64,000 nucleotides of DNA from Flavobacteriales bacterium (GCA_041747675.1 JBGTES010000027.1:15088-79087); one strand, 5' to 3'; positions 48,185-57,790 are shown, counted from the stretch's first letter. Numbers and translations: made by a program. The notes: generated by a model not told the origin, from the letters alone.

Positions 48185-48955
48185 ATGCACCAGACGACCG
48201 CACAGGGTACCTCGGCCGTTATCGTGGATGATGAGCAGCACTGTCGCGATGCACTTTCCGGGCTGTTGCAACGTCAGTTCCCGGACATCACCCTGCTGGG
48301 CACCGCCACCAACGTGATGGAAGCCGTGGAGCTATTGAACCGGGAGCGCCCCACCATCGTCTTCCTGGATGTGGAACTCGGCCGGCAGACGGGTTTCGAC
48401 CTGTTGCAAGCCCTCGGACCGGACCGGCCGCACATCATCTTCACCACGGCGCATGAAGGGTACGCGGTGAAGGCCATCCGTTTCAGCGCACTCGATTTCC
48501 TGCTGAAGCCCGTGGACCCCGACGAGCTGAAGGCCGCGCTGGACAAGGTGGGCCGGGCCGTGCTGGGTCCGCAGCATCCGGATCAATTCATGGCCTTGAT
48601 GCGCAACATCATGTTATCCGCCAACAGCGACAAGCGGATCGCGCTGCCCGTGGCCGAGGGTCTGGAGATGATCGACACGGACGACATCATCTATTGCGAA
48701 TCGGCCAGCAACTACACCGTGGTGCATCAGCGGGATGGGAAGCGCCTGGTGATCTCCAGGACCTTGAAGGAGTTCGAGGACATGCTCAGCGTACAGGATT
48801 TCATCCGCGTGCATCACTCTCATCTCATCAACGTGCGGCATGTGAAGAAGTACATCCGGGGTGAAGGGGGAGAGGTGATCATGAGCGATGGGGCCAACGT
48901 GGCCGTCTCCCGGCGTAAGAAGCAGGAGTTGATGGACAGCCTGGCCAGGCTCTGA
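48185..48955 (+). CDS. LytTR family response regulator
   Basis: 'IVDDE', 'FLDVEL', 'FTTAH', 'LLKP', 'FIRVHHSHLIN'. Confidence 0.95.
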   Translation: MHQTTAQGTSAVIVDDEQHCRDALSGLLQRQFPDITLLGTATNVMEAVELLNRERPTIVFLDVELGRQTGFDLLQALGPDRPHIIFTTAHEGYAVKAIRFSALDFLLKPVDPDELKAALDKVGRAVLGPQHPDQFMALMRNIMLSANSDKRIALPVAEGLEMIDTDDIIYCESASNYTVVHQRDGKRLVISRTLKEFEDMLSVQDFIRVHHSHLINVRHVKKYIRGEGGEVIMSDGANVAVSRRKKQELMDSLARL

Positions 48956-48990
48956 GGCCGCTACTCCGGCCGGATCTGTACCTTGAACCT

Positions 48991-49578
48991 GTGGATCAGC
49001 CCGCGGCAGAGATATTCATCCTTGCAAAACTCCGCCATGGCCTGCCCAAGGAGCGGACCTACCACAACTTCAGCCATACGCTGGATGTGTATCGATCCAC
49101 CGTGGAACTTGGCATGCACAATGGCATCCAGGGGGTGGATATGGACCTGCTGCGAACGGCAGCACTATATCACGATTCCGGCTTCCTCATCCAGGACCAC
49201 GACCATGAGGAGGCGGGATGTGTCCTGGCCCGGGAGGCGTTACCGCAGTTCGGCTATACCGGCCAGCTGATCGATCAGGTGTGCGAACTGATCATGGCCA
49301 CGAAGATCCCCCAGCGACCCGGTGATCTGCTCGCACAGATCCTCTGCGATGCCGATCTCGACTACCTCGGACGTTCGGACTTCTTCCGCATTGGCACCAC
49401 CCTGTTCTGGGAGTTAAGGCACTACGGCATCGTAAAGGATGAACGCGATTGGAACGAGCTTCAGATGCGCTTCTTGTCAGCGCATCAGTACTTCACCGCG
49501 ACCAGCCGCGCGGAACGCGAACCAGTGAAGCAGCAGCACTTGCAAGAGATCAAGGAGTGGTTGGCGAACAACCCGTGA
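48991..49578 (+). CDS. HD-domain phosphohydrolase
   Basis: 'YHNFSHT', 'AALYHDSG', 'HEE', 'ILCDADLDYLG'. Confidence 0.9.
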   Translation: MDQPAAEIFILAKLRHGLPKERTYHNFSHTLDVYRSTVELGMHNGIQGVDMDLLRTAALYHDSGFLIQDHDHEEAGCVLAREALPQFGYTGQLIDQVCELIMATKIPQRPGDLLAQILCDADLDYLGRSDFFRIGTTLFWELRHYGIVKDERDWNELQMRFLSAHQYFTATSRAEREPVKQQHLQEIKEWLANNP

Positions 49579-49669
49579 TAGGGTTTCCAGGCGTGAAGGC
49601 CAATGCACCTGCGGAGGTTCCACTCTTTTCCCGGAGGTTCCATCTTTGCGTATCGATCCTGACGACATT

Positions 49670-50092
49670 ATGGCCAAGACCGAACTCAAGACAAGGGAGA
49701 ATGACGCGAGCGTGGACGCCTTCATCAGCAAGCAGCCGGAAGATGTGGCCGCCGACTGCCGTGCCATCATCGCATTGATGACGAAGGTCACAGGTGAAGC
49801 GCCGAGGATGTGGGGGGCCAGCATCGTAGGCTTCGGCCGCTACCATTACAAAAGTGCCAGCGGCCGCGAAGGCGAATGGATGCTCACCGGCTTCAGCCCC
49901 CGCAAGGCCAACCTCTCGCTATACATCCTCACAGGACTGGACAAGTCAGCGACGCTGCTGAAGAAGCTGGGAAAGCACAGCACGGGTAGGGGATGCCTGT
50001 ACATCAAGCGGCTTGGCGATGTGGACCAACAGGTGCTTGAGGAGCTGGTCGTGAAGGGCGTGAAAGGGCTGGAGAAGATGCGGGTGCGATAG
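49670..50092 (+). CDS. DUF1801 (YdhG-like) protein
   Basis: 'MWGASIVGFGRYHYKSASGREGEW..GFSPRKANLSLY', 'GCLYIKRL'. Confidence 0.9.
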   Translation: MAKTELKTRENDASVDAFISKQPEDVAADCRAIIALMTKVTGEAPRMWGASIVGFGRYHYKSASGREGEWMLTGFSPRKANLSLYILTGLDKSATLLKKLGKHSTGRGCLYIKRLGDVDQQVLEELVVKGVKGLEKMRVR

Positions 50093-50152
50093 ATGATACG
50101 CAAGATCATGGCCGCGCAACGGAGTTCGAAAGATCCACTGGAGGCGTCGTTC

Positions 50153-50575
50153 TTACCGCAAACCCTCCGAGCGTTCCCGGTCCAAACGAACGGCTTCGTT
50201 CAGCAAGCTTCGGATCCGCTGTTCATCCGATGTGTTGATCGCGATGAGGTCCCGCCAGTATACCTGCTTCCGTCCTCCTGACAGGAGGTACGGTGTGCAG
50301 CCAGGCACCAGGTTGCCATTACACAGGCCGAAGCGCACGCCCTCATACGTTCTGCTTTTTCCCCACAGCACGGATGCCGGCCAGATGAAGCATACATCGC
50401 GCTTCAGCCGGAAATAGGGGACATTGAAGCTGAGCCGTTCCTGGAGTTCCGGTGCCTCGGAAATGATCAGCTCGCGGAGCTGGTCCGTCAATGCGCGTTC
50501 ATCCGCCGGAAGGAAGTCCAACAGTTCCTGGACGCTGGCGAAACGCCTGCCACCGGAGAGCATCGGCTTAGTCAT
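50153..50575 (-). CDS. DUF1801-like protein
   Basis: 'FLPADERALTDQLRELI...ERLSFNVPYF'; overlaps the upstream YdeI stop. Confidence 0.8.
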   Translation of the reverse strand: MTKPMLSGGRRFASVQELLDFLPADERALTDQLRELIISEAPELQERLSFNVPYFRLKRDVCFIWPASVLWGKSRTYEGVRFGLCNGNLVPGCTPYLLSGGRKQVYWRDLIAINTSDEQRIRSLLNEAVRLDRERSEGLR

Positions 50576-51146
50576 CGAGTCCTCTGCCTTCAAGGATCCG
50601 TTCCATGTGCTTCTCGATCCGCGCCTCCCGCGTCTTGCTCTGTTTTGCGGATGCGAAGTGCAACAGGTAACCGCGTTGCCTGCCCGGCGTAAGCGCATTG
50701 AACGCCTTCTGCAGCGCAGGCATCGCCTTCATTTTCGCCGCGAATTCTTCGGGCATGTCGAACTCCGTGGTATTCTTCAAGGCCACCTTCAATCCTGACT
50801 GCTCCACCAGGATGGCCTCCTGGATGTAGCTGCGCAGCACCGGTGCCAGTTTCGTGATGGCCGCCGCACTGGTGAAGCGGATCTGCCGCGCACTTTGCAC
50901 GTTGGCCGTCTGCTGCACCAGGATCTTATGATCGTCCTTCAGCAAGGCACCCTTGAGGAAGAGCAAGGCGCAGTAGTCCTTGAAGCCGTGCATCAGAAAG
51001 ACGTTCTTCCCCTTCAGCGTATAGCAGGGATGGCCCCATTTCAACTCCTCGATCAGGCCGCTGTCCCATGCGATGGTGCGCAGCCTGGCATAGGCCTCTT
51101 TCCAGGGTGTGTCCTGTTCGAAGAACCAGTCGACCTTGGGATCCAT
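50568..51146 (-). CDS. YdeI/OmpD-associated protein (DUF1801 + OmdA)
   Basis: 'EELKWGHPCY', 'FKDYCALLFLKGALL', 'AFNALTPGRQRGY...AKQSKTR'. Confidence 0.92.
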   Translation of the reverse strand: MDPKVDWFFEQDTPWKEAYARLRTIAWDSGLIEELKWGHPCYTLKGKNVFLMHGFKDYCALLFLKGALLKDDHKILVQQTANVQSARQIRFTSAAAITKLAPVLRSYIQEAILVEQSGLKVALKNTTEFDMPEEFAAKMKAMPALQKAFNALTPGRQRGYLLHFASAKQSKTREARIEKHMERILEGRGLDD

Positions 51147-51179
51147 TTCGGGAGAAGTGCTTTGATCGATAGCCTCCTT

Positions 51180-52283
51180 TTAATTGACCAATACGAAGTG
51201 CGTGCTCCTTCCACCCGCCTTGCCTTTCTTCAACACCTTCTTGGACACCAGGTCGGTCAGGTCGCGCGAGGCTGTGTCCTGCGAGGTCTTCGCGAGCTTG
51301 GCGTATTTTCCGGAGGTGAGGTTGCCTTCGAAACCATCCAGAAATTTGTTCAGCACCTTTACTTGACGCTGATTCAGGACGGTCTTCGCGTGTGTCTGCC
51401 AGAAGCGGTGCTTGCCCAGCACGGCCGACAGCGTTTCTTCCGAAGCCACCAACGCACGTTGCAAGCAGGCCAGGAACCAGGTGATCCATTCCGTGACATC
51501 CAGCGTGCCGCGCTGTGAACGTTCAAGCGCGTCGTAATACTTCTTGCGCTCGTTCCTGATCTGCGCGCTCATGCTGTAGAAACGCTGTGAAGATCCATCA
51601 GCGCGCGCCAGCAGCAGGTCGGCCACGGCGCGGGCCATGCGGCCGTTGCCATCCTCGAAGGGGTGCAACGTCACGAACCAGAAGTGCCCGAGACCGGCCT
51701 TGAGCAGCGGATCCATTGTGGTCTTGCCGTTCACCCATTTCAGGAAGGCCGTCATCTCCTTCTTCAACCGCTTCGCGTCGGGCGCCTGGTAATGCACCTT
51801 TTCCCGGCCCATCGCCCCACTTACCACCTGCATCGGCCCTGTGGAGTCGTCGCGCCATTGGCCCACGAGGACCTTCAGCATTCCGCTGCGACCGGTCGGG
51901 AAGAGAGCCGCATGCCAGCCGAACAAACGATCGGTGGTGAGCTTCTCGTTGCAGCGCTGGGTGGCATCGAGCAGCATCTCCACTACGCCGTCCACATGCC
52001 GGTCCACCTTAGGAGTGCCGGAGACATCCAGCCCCAAACGTCTGGCCAGTGAGGAGCGTACCTGTGCCGGGTCCAGCACTTCACCCTCTATCTCGCTGGT
52101 GCGCAACACGTCGGTTGCCATCGTCTGGAAGTTGGCCTCGCTACGCAGATCGAAACCCACGGCGGCCATGCGCCCCAGAAGATGACCTTGCCGTTCGTGG
52201 ACCCTGGCCAGGGCCGGTACGAGGGTGTCCGCATCCCAATGGAACGCAGGCCAGTCCGGAAGTTCGTGTATGTAGCGGGGCAC
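51180..52283 (-). CDS. Fic family protein (DUF4172 + Fic + C-terminal HTH)
   Basis: 'HPFEDGNGRMARA'; N-terminal 'YIHELPDWPAFHWD'; C-terminal 'SQDTASRDLTDLV...GGRSTHF'. Confidence 0.95.
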   Translation of the reverse strand: MPRYIHELPDWPAFHWDADTLVPALARVHERQGHLLGRMAAVGFDLRSEANFQTMATDVLRTSEIEGEVLDPAQVRSSLARRLGLDVSGTPKVDRHVDGVVEMLLDATQRCNEKLTTDRLFGWHAALFPTGRSGMLKVLVGQWRDDSTGPMQVVSGAMGREKVHYQAPDAKRLKKEMTAFLKWVNGKTTMDPLLKAGLGHFWFVTLHPFEDGNGRMARAVADLLLARADGSSQRFYSMSAQIRNERKKYYDALERSQRGTLDVTEWITWFLACLQRALVASEETLSAVLGKHRFWQTHAKTVLNQRQVKVLNKFLDGFEGNLTSGKYAKLAKTSQDTASRDLTDLVSKKVLKKGKAGGRSTHFVLVN

Positions 52284-52299
52284 GGTCGATGGGCTTTTC

Positions 52300-52362
52300 T
52301 GCGGAGAAAGGTACGCTTATTCTCCGCAGAATATGCGGAGAATGATCAGGCTATTCTCCGCA
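52300..52362. promoter_or_regulatory. four TGCGGAGAA half-sites upstream of fic (putative autoregulatory operator)
   Basis: 52300-52308, 52320-52328 (inverted), 52334-52342, 52354-52362 (inverted). Confidence 0.7.
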
Positions 52363-52373
52363 AAGCTCCCGGC

Positions 52374-52850
52374 CTACAACTTCTCCCCCGGCAACTTCGC
52401 CGCTTGCTTGATCCAGCCGGCCACCTGCCTTTCGTTCAACTCGCTGTCCTCGTATAGGTCCAGGTAGCGCGGGTCCTTCTGCTTGCTGGTGCCCGGCGGC
52501 ATGGGCTTCAGGTATGCGCCCTTCAGGAAGGCCACCTTCACGTACTTGTTCAGGCAGTGGAAACCGAGGATCCAGGTCACGCCATCCATACCGTAGAAAG
52601 GCGTATTCCACTTCACCATCTTGTGTACACCGGGGATGGTGCGCGTGATCAGTTCATCCAGCCAGCGCCCCATGTCCTGTTTCCAGCCCGGCATGGCATC
52701 GATGTATTCCTGCACCACCGCATCTCCGTGGCCTTTGGCGATCTGTGGATTGCCGCCGGAGAGGAGTTGCACGGGGGCTTTTGAGGCAGCGGTCCCGGCC
52801 GTGGTCTTACTGACCGGTTTCGCTGTGGTTTTGATGGGTCGGGTGGGCAT
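52374..52850 (-). CDS. DUF1801 family protein
   Basis: 'LLSGGNPQIAKG.GDAVVQEYIDAMPGWK', 'VKWNTPFYG'. Confidence 0.9.
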   Translation of the reverse strand: MPTRPIKTTAKPVSKTTAGTAASKAPVQLLSGGNPQIAKGHGDAVVQEYIDAMPGWKQDMGRWLDELITRTIPGVHKMVKWNTPFYGMDGVTWILGFHCLNKYVKVAFLKGAYLKPMPPGTSKQKDPRYLDLYEDSELNERQVAGWIKQAAKLPGEKL

Positions 52851-52930
52851 GGTCACAGGGCTGTGGTGCCCCAAAGATGCAAAAGCGACCACGTCGCCAG
52901 CATTGGATCGATCGGAGCGGCTGCCGCTCT

Positions 52931-53176
52931 TCAAACCTTCCCCTTCCTTGGTGCGCCACCGGCCGGACCCTTCCTACCGCCCTCTCTGCCATCCTGCTGG
53001 AGTTGATCCTCGATCTCCTGCACATTGCCAGCCTTCTTTCCCGCCATGCCTACCGGGTCGTACGTATCCCGATCTTTACCAGTGGCGGTATTGGTACTGG
53101 TATTCTCGGTGGCTCCGCCACTTGATGCGGGCTCTGTTGGCGGCATCTTCGGCTTTTTGTCTTCTTGCGTTGCCAT
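52931..53176 (-). CDS. small hydrophilic hypothetical protein (81 aa)
   Basis: ATG at 53176; low-complexity hydrophilic ORF; no recognisable family. Confidence 0.5.
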   Translation of the reverse strand: MATQEDKKPKMPPTEPASSGGATENTSTNTATGKDRDTYDPVGMAGKKAGNVQEIEDQLQQDGREGGRKGPAGGAPRKGKV

Positions 53177-53356
53177 GGGTCGTGATCTTTCGCAGGGAAG
53201 GGCAAACCAGGGTCCATCCCCGTACTGAGCGTGCACACCGTGCGGGCTGACCAGACTCTGTGCGGTCCTGGGGCGCCATATCGCCATGAACGTCCCGGAT
53301 CTTCTACGGCGCACCATACCTTATGGGACCGGGATCGCCAGGATCCCTGTCAGATC

Positions 53357-54598
53357 ATGAACGAAGCGCGCCTTACCGAGAAGTTGTCCGTGCTGGCCGA
53401 TGCGGCCAAATACGATGTGAGTTGTGCCAGCAGCGGCAGCACGCGCACCAACCACAATGGTGGCCTGGGCAATGCCAGCAAGATGGGCATCTGTCATTCC
53501 TATACCTCCGACGGTAGGTGTGTGAGCCTGCTGAAGATCCTGCTCACCAACCACTGCATTTTCGACTGTGCCTATTGCGTGAGCCGGCGCAGCAACGATG
53601 TGAAGCGCGCGGCCTTCACGGTGGAGGAAGTGGTGGACCTCACCATGAACTTCTACCGCCGCAATTACATCGAGGGCCTGTTCCTCAGCAGCGGCATCTT
53701 CAAGGATGCGGATACCACCATGGAGCGGCTGGTGCGCGTGGCGAAGGAGCTGCGCACGGTCCACAAATTCAATGGCTACATCCACCTGAAGACCATTCCG
53801 GGTGCCAGCGAAACGCTGATCCACGAAGCAGGGCTCTGGGCCGATCGCCTCAGCATCAACATCGAGATACCGAGCGACGCGGAGCTGCAACGGGTGGCAC
53901 CGGAGAAGACGCACGAGCAGGCCATCAAACCGATGCGTTACCTGCACAAGACCATCATCGGCCTGAAGGAGGAACGCGCCGTGGTGAAACGCGCACCGCT
54001 CTTCGCACCCGCCGGGCAAAGCACCCAACTGATCGTGGGGGCCACGCCGGATACGGACCGCACCATCCTTGGCCTGGCGAACGGCCTGTACAAGCAGCAC
54101 GGCTTGCGGCGCGTGTACTACAGCGGCTACGTGCCCATCAGCACTGACGCGCGCATGCCGGCCACGGGCAGCACGCCCATGGTGCGGGAGAACCGCCTTT
54201 ATCAAAGCGACTGGCTGCTGCGCTTCTATGGCTTCGATGTGAACGACCTGCTCAGCGAAGCACAACCGCTGCTGGACCTGGACCTCGATCCCAAGACGGC
54301 CTATGCGCTGCGCAATCCGGAGCTCTACCCGGTGGATGTGAACGATGCATCGCGCGAGATGCTCTTGCGTGTGCCGGGCATCGGGCAGAAGAGCGTAGGC
54401 CTGATCCTGCAAGCGCGCCGCCACGGTCGTGTCCGCTTGGAACACTTGAAACGCATGGGCGTGGTGATCCGTCGTGCGCGCTTCTTCCTCAGTTTCGGTG
54501 GTGCCACGCATGCCCTGGTGCATCGGCCGGACCGCTTGCGACCGCACCTGATCGCACCACTGCGGCAGAAGGCCGCCCAACTCGACCTCTTCGCATGA
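53357..54598 (+). CDS. putative DNA modification/repair radical SAM protein (TIGR03916-type)
   Basis: 'LADAAKYDVSCASSG', 'GICHSYTSDGRCVSLLKIL.TNHCIFDCAYC', 'AGQSTQ', HhH 'LLRVPGIG'. Confidence 0.95.
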   Translation: MNEARLTEKLSVLADAAKYDVSCASSGSTRTNHNGGLGNASKMGICHSYTSDGRCVSLLKILLTNHCIFDCAYCVSRRSNDVKRAAFTVEEVVDLTMNFYRRNYIEGLFLSSGIFKDADTTMERLVRVAKELRTVHKFNGYIHLKTIPGASETLIHEAGLWADRLSINIEIPSDAELQRVAPEKTHEQAIKPMRYLHKTIIGLKEERAVVKRAPLFAPAGQSTQLIVGATPDTDRTILGLANGLYKQHGLRRVYYSGYVPISTDARMPATGSTPMVRENRLYQSDWLLRFYGFDVNDLLSEAQPLLDLDLDPKTAYALRNPELYPVDVNDASREMLLRVPGIGQKSVGLILQARRHGRVRLEHLKRMGVVIRRARFFLSFGGATHALVHRPDRLRPHLIAPLRQKAAQLDLFA

Positions 54599-55383
54599 GA
54601 CCCGCGTGGTCGGTGCCCGAGCGCGCGCGGCACTACGTCTACGATGGTTCGTGGCCGGGCCTGCTCGCCGTGGTGTTCACGGTGTTCAGCGAGGAACGAC
54701 CGGTGCTCTCCGTGGTGCGCGAGCGATCACAGATCACGGACCTGTTCACGGAGGTGCGTGAGGTAAGCACCGATGACACCCAGGCCACCCGCGTGATGGA
54801 CCGTGCGCGTAATCTCCTGGGCGCGTCACGTATACGCGAGCTCTGGTACTGCCACCGTGCCGAACGCGCGGAGGTGGACCGCCTCATCGCCGACTTCCTG
54901 CTGCTTGCCTTCACCGGCGGTGCCGTGAACGACGTCCGCGACCCCATCGTGCTCGGCCTGCGCCAATGGCGGAAACACGTGAGCCACGAGAAGCACCAGA
55001 TGGAGGCCTTCGTGCGCTTCCAGGAGAACAGCGATGGGGTATGGACCGCCACCATCGCACCCGCCTACGATGTGCTGCCGCTCATCGCCACGCACTTCCG
55101 CAAGCGCTACGCCGACATGGAATGGTTGATCGCCGACCAGCGCCGCGAATACGGTCTGCACCACCGTGCTGGCATCGTCTCACCCGTGCAATTCATCCAC
55201 GAGCCGGACAGCGCGCTGCCCACCCCGCATGTGCAAGCCGCCGCGCACGAACACGCGTATGTGAAGCTCTGGAAGACCTATTTCCGCAGTGTGGACATCC
55301 CTGCGCGGCGCAACCTGAAACTGCAGATGCAGCACATGCCGAAGCGGCATTGGAAGCACATGGTGGAGATGGTGGGGAAATAA
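54595..55383 (+). CDS. TIGR03915/DUF4130 putative DNA repair protein
   Basis: 'YDGSWPGLL', 'EKHQMEAFVRF', 'HFRKRYADMEW', 'LWKTYFRS..IPARRN...HMPKRHWK'. Confidence 0.92.
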   Translation: MRPAWSVPERARHYVYDGSWPGLLAVVFTVFSEERPVLSVVRERSQITDLFTEVREVSTDDTQATRVMDRARNLLGASRIRELWYCHRAERAEVDRLIADFLLLAFTGGAVNDVRDPIVLGLRQWRKHVSHEKHQMEAFVRFQENSDGVWTATIAPAYDVLPLIATHFRKRYADMEWLIADQRREYGLHHRAGIVSPVQFIHEPDSALPTPHVQAAAHEHAYVKLWKTYFRSVDIPARRNLKLQMQHMPKRHWKHMVEMVGK

Positions 55384-55454
55384 GGGGCTGATGTATGGGA
55401 AGTAGAGCAGGTCTCACAATTGATGACGTTCCGAGTACCGATATTTGTATCACT

Positions 55455-55745
55455 ATGGGCACCCTCACCGACATCCTCGCCGCACTGCGCCGCGAACGTG
55501 CGCGCCTCTTCGCCAAGTACGGGCTGAAAAGCATGGCCGTGTTCGGGTCGGCCACGCGTGATGACTTCCGGCCGGATAGTGATGTGGATATCATGATCGA
55601 AGTGGAACGCCCCATCGGCATGGAGTTCTTCGACCTGGAGCAAGACCTGGAGCAGATCGTTACACGCAAGGTCGATCTGGTGATGCGTGGTGCCGTGAAA
55701 CCGCACTACATGGAGTACATCCAGAAGGACCTGACCTATGTCTGA
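55455..55745 (+). CDS. minimal nucleotidyltransferase (MntA-type antitoxin)
   Basis: 'VFGSATRDDFRPDSDVDIMI', 'RKVDLV'. Confidence 0.92.
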   Translation: MGTLTDILAALRRERARLFAKYGLKSMAVFGSATRDDFRPDSDVDIMIEVERPIGMEFFDLEQDLEQIVTRKVDLVMRGAVKPHYMEYIQKDLTYV

Positions 55746-56085
55746 GCGCGGCGACAAGGTGCGGCTCATCGACATGCTGCTGGCGGCGGAGCGTATAGTT
55801 GCCGGTTTGAAGGATGTGGACGAGGAGACCTTCCTTGCAGATCGGGATAAACGTGATGCGACCGTCTTCCGCCTGCAAGTCATTGGAGAGGCCGCATACA
55901 ATGTTTCGGATGAATTGAAACAAAGCCATCCTGAGGTGGAGTGGTTCAAGATCCAAGGGCTTCGACACAAGATCGTACACGACTATTATGCATTGGATGA
56001 CCGTACGATCCATCACATCGCCATCGATTACGTGCCGCCCTTGGTGGAACAGTTGAAGAGGATCCTGGCCAGCGGAGTGGCGTAG
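55738..56085 (+). CDS. HepT-like (DUF86) ribonuclease toxin
   Basis: 'LQVIGEAA', 'HPEVEW..IQGLRHKIVHDY' RX4HXY motif. Confidence 0.92.
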   Translation: MSERGDKVRLIDMLLAAERIVAGLKDVDEETFLADRDKRDATVFRLQVIGEAAYNVSDELKQSHPEVEWFKIQGLRHKIVHDYYALDDRTIHHIAIDYVPPLVEQLKRILASGVA

Positions 56086-56138
56086 GCGCCGTTACGCGCA
56101 TGGCGTACCGCGATGGGTTGTTGCCCGCGGCACGCCTT

Positions 56139-56207
56139 GTCACCCTGAGCCTGTCGAAGGGTGGCAACGCAACTATTGGGACCGTGTGCCCCGATACGTA
56201 TCGGGGC
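56139..56207. repeat. REP-like motif gtcaccctgagcctgtcgaaggg plus perfect 20-bp palindrome gccccgatacgtatcggggc
   Basis: 56139-56161 and 56188-56207; resemble dispersed Bacteroidota palindromic repeats (recollection, not searched). Confidence 0.6.
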
Positions 56208-56317
56208 GCGATGATGGCGAACACGATCGCATTGCCAGGTAAATCCGCGACAACCCCGCCAATTGGAATGGGGACCGGTTCAACCGGTGATGATTACGAT
56301 TCAGGTACTTTGGCACT

Positions 56318-57031
56318 ATGGCCAAGAAGACCACCAAGAAGGACGACGACCTAGAGTTGTCACGCGCTGAGTTTGTTCTTGAGGGTGACTATTCAGACCC
56401 CGATGAACTTGAGAAGGTCGCATGGGAAGCGTTCTATGAACTCCGCGTTTCAGCCTACGAGCGATACGAAGGCATGGATGTCGGCCTTAAGGTTCATGCC
56501 GAGGAAGGATCTGCAGAGGTTGTGGCCTATGTTTTCGGTGCGATTGGAGGCGTATATGGTGCAATAGCATCGTACAAAGACTTCAAGGCGGGGGTGAAGG
56601 AGTTGGCCAAGGACGCCAAGTACGTGGCTAAGAAGGTGCTGTCAATCAAACGGGTGGTCAAAGCGAAGGAGAGGGGCAAACTGTTGACACTGCGAGCCGA
56701 TGCGGGTGCTATTGGCCAAGTCGACCAGTTGTTCAAGAAGGTGCGCAATGGCAAGATCAGTCGCGCCCAAGGCGAAGAACTGGCATTGGAAGTTCTTGAA
56801 CGGTTCGGCCCCCTCCCTCGCGACACGAAACAGGCAATCCAGAGTTCCTTCAATACGATGAAGATTGCCGGTACTCAGCTTAGAATTCCAGATGAAGAAG
56901 AAGTTCAGCGACCAAAGCGAACTCGCTCGCCCAAATTGCGCGAGCCGCTGGAGAGAAAGAGTGAATGGTCCGTGGATATCGAATCACGTAGCCGTGAGGA
57001 GAAGCCCAAGGTCAGGCGTCACAAGAAGTAA
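56318..57031 (+). CDS. hypothetical protein (237 aa, basic C-terminus), low-GC island
   Basis: Long ORF with atypical codon usage; TACTTTGG -7-like box just upstream. Confidence 0.7.
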   Translation: MAKKTTKKDDDLELSRAEFVLEGDYSDPDELEKVAWEAFYELRVSAYERYEGMDVGLKVHAEEGSAEVVAYVFGAIGGVYGAIASYKDFKAGVKELAKDAKYVAKKVLSIKRVVKAKERGKLLTLRADAGAIGQVDQLFKKVRNGKISRAQGEELALEVLERFGPLPRDTKQAIQSSFNTMKIAGTQLRIPDEEEVQRPKRTRSPKLREPLERKSEWSVDIESRSREEKPKVRRHKK

Positions 57032-57085
57032 CTTGGATGCTGGGAATGATTTCGCGTGAGCGAATTCAGCGGATGACGCAACAGG

Positions 57086-57748
57086 TTACCAGGCCTTGAA
57101 AATCAGATAGCCGATGAATGCTAACGCAAGAGCTAATGCAATAGTCCAAGTCTTGTATTTGCGAAGGGTTCGTGTATTGTCTAGAAGCGTTACCTGGGAA
57201 CGCAGCAGCATGCTGACGACCTCCTCAACCTCCAAGGCTTCAACTACAGGGTTGTTGTCAAAGATCTGCTGGCTAGGTGGAACAACGTAGAAGACGCGTG
57301 ACTCCCGAATCATGATTCGGTGGCAGTGCTGATCCCAGAAGGCAATTGCTGCACGAAAGCGCGTTTCCTCGATGGCGCGTTCTTGTTCCTCCGCGTCTTT
57401 GCCTGAGAATCGCTGAATGTCGGCGCGAACTTCATCCGGATAGCCAAAGTCGAGCATGATCGACTTGATGACATCTATCTCCTCTTTGAAGGCCCAAAAG
57501 CCTCCCCAAGTGTCCTTTCTGCCACCCCCCTTCTCCGCGATGTAGCCATTCAGGTCAGTTTCCCATTTGTGATACAATTCTTGCAACGCCTCTTCAGTAA
57601 GAGCCAAGCTTGACTTCAACCGAAACTCGGCGTTGGGAATTGACTGGCGGAACTTGGTGAGGAATAGAGCTTCTTCACCACCGTGCATTGCAGCAAGGAG
57701 AATACGCTTGGTCCTGCGATACTCTGGGCTTGTCGGATCCTCAGTCAT
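57086..57748 (-). CDS. hypothetical protein with single C-terminal TM helix, low-GC island
   Basis: 220-aa ORF ending 'WTIALALALAFIGYLIFKAW'; flanked by a 22-bp imperfect direct repeat. Confidence 0.7.
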   Translation of the reverse strand: MTEDPTSPEYRRTKRILLAAMHGGEEALFLTKFRQSIPNAEFRLKSSLALTEEALQELYHKWETDLNGYIAEKGGGRKDTWGGFWAFKEEIDVIKSIMLDFGYPDEVRADIQRFSGKDAEEQERAIEETRFRAAIAFWDQHCHRIMIRESRVFYVVPPSQQIFDNNPVVEALEVEEVVSMLLRSQVTLLDNTRTLRKYKTWTIALALALAFIGYLIFKAW

Positions 57749-57790
57749 GATGCGTGCTTTGAACTGGGAGAAATATTGGTGTTAATGTAG

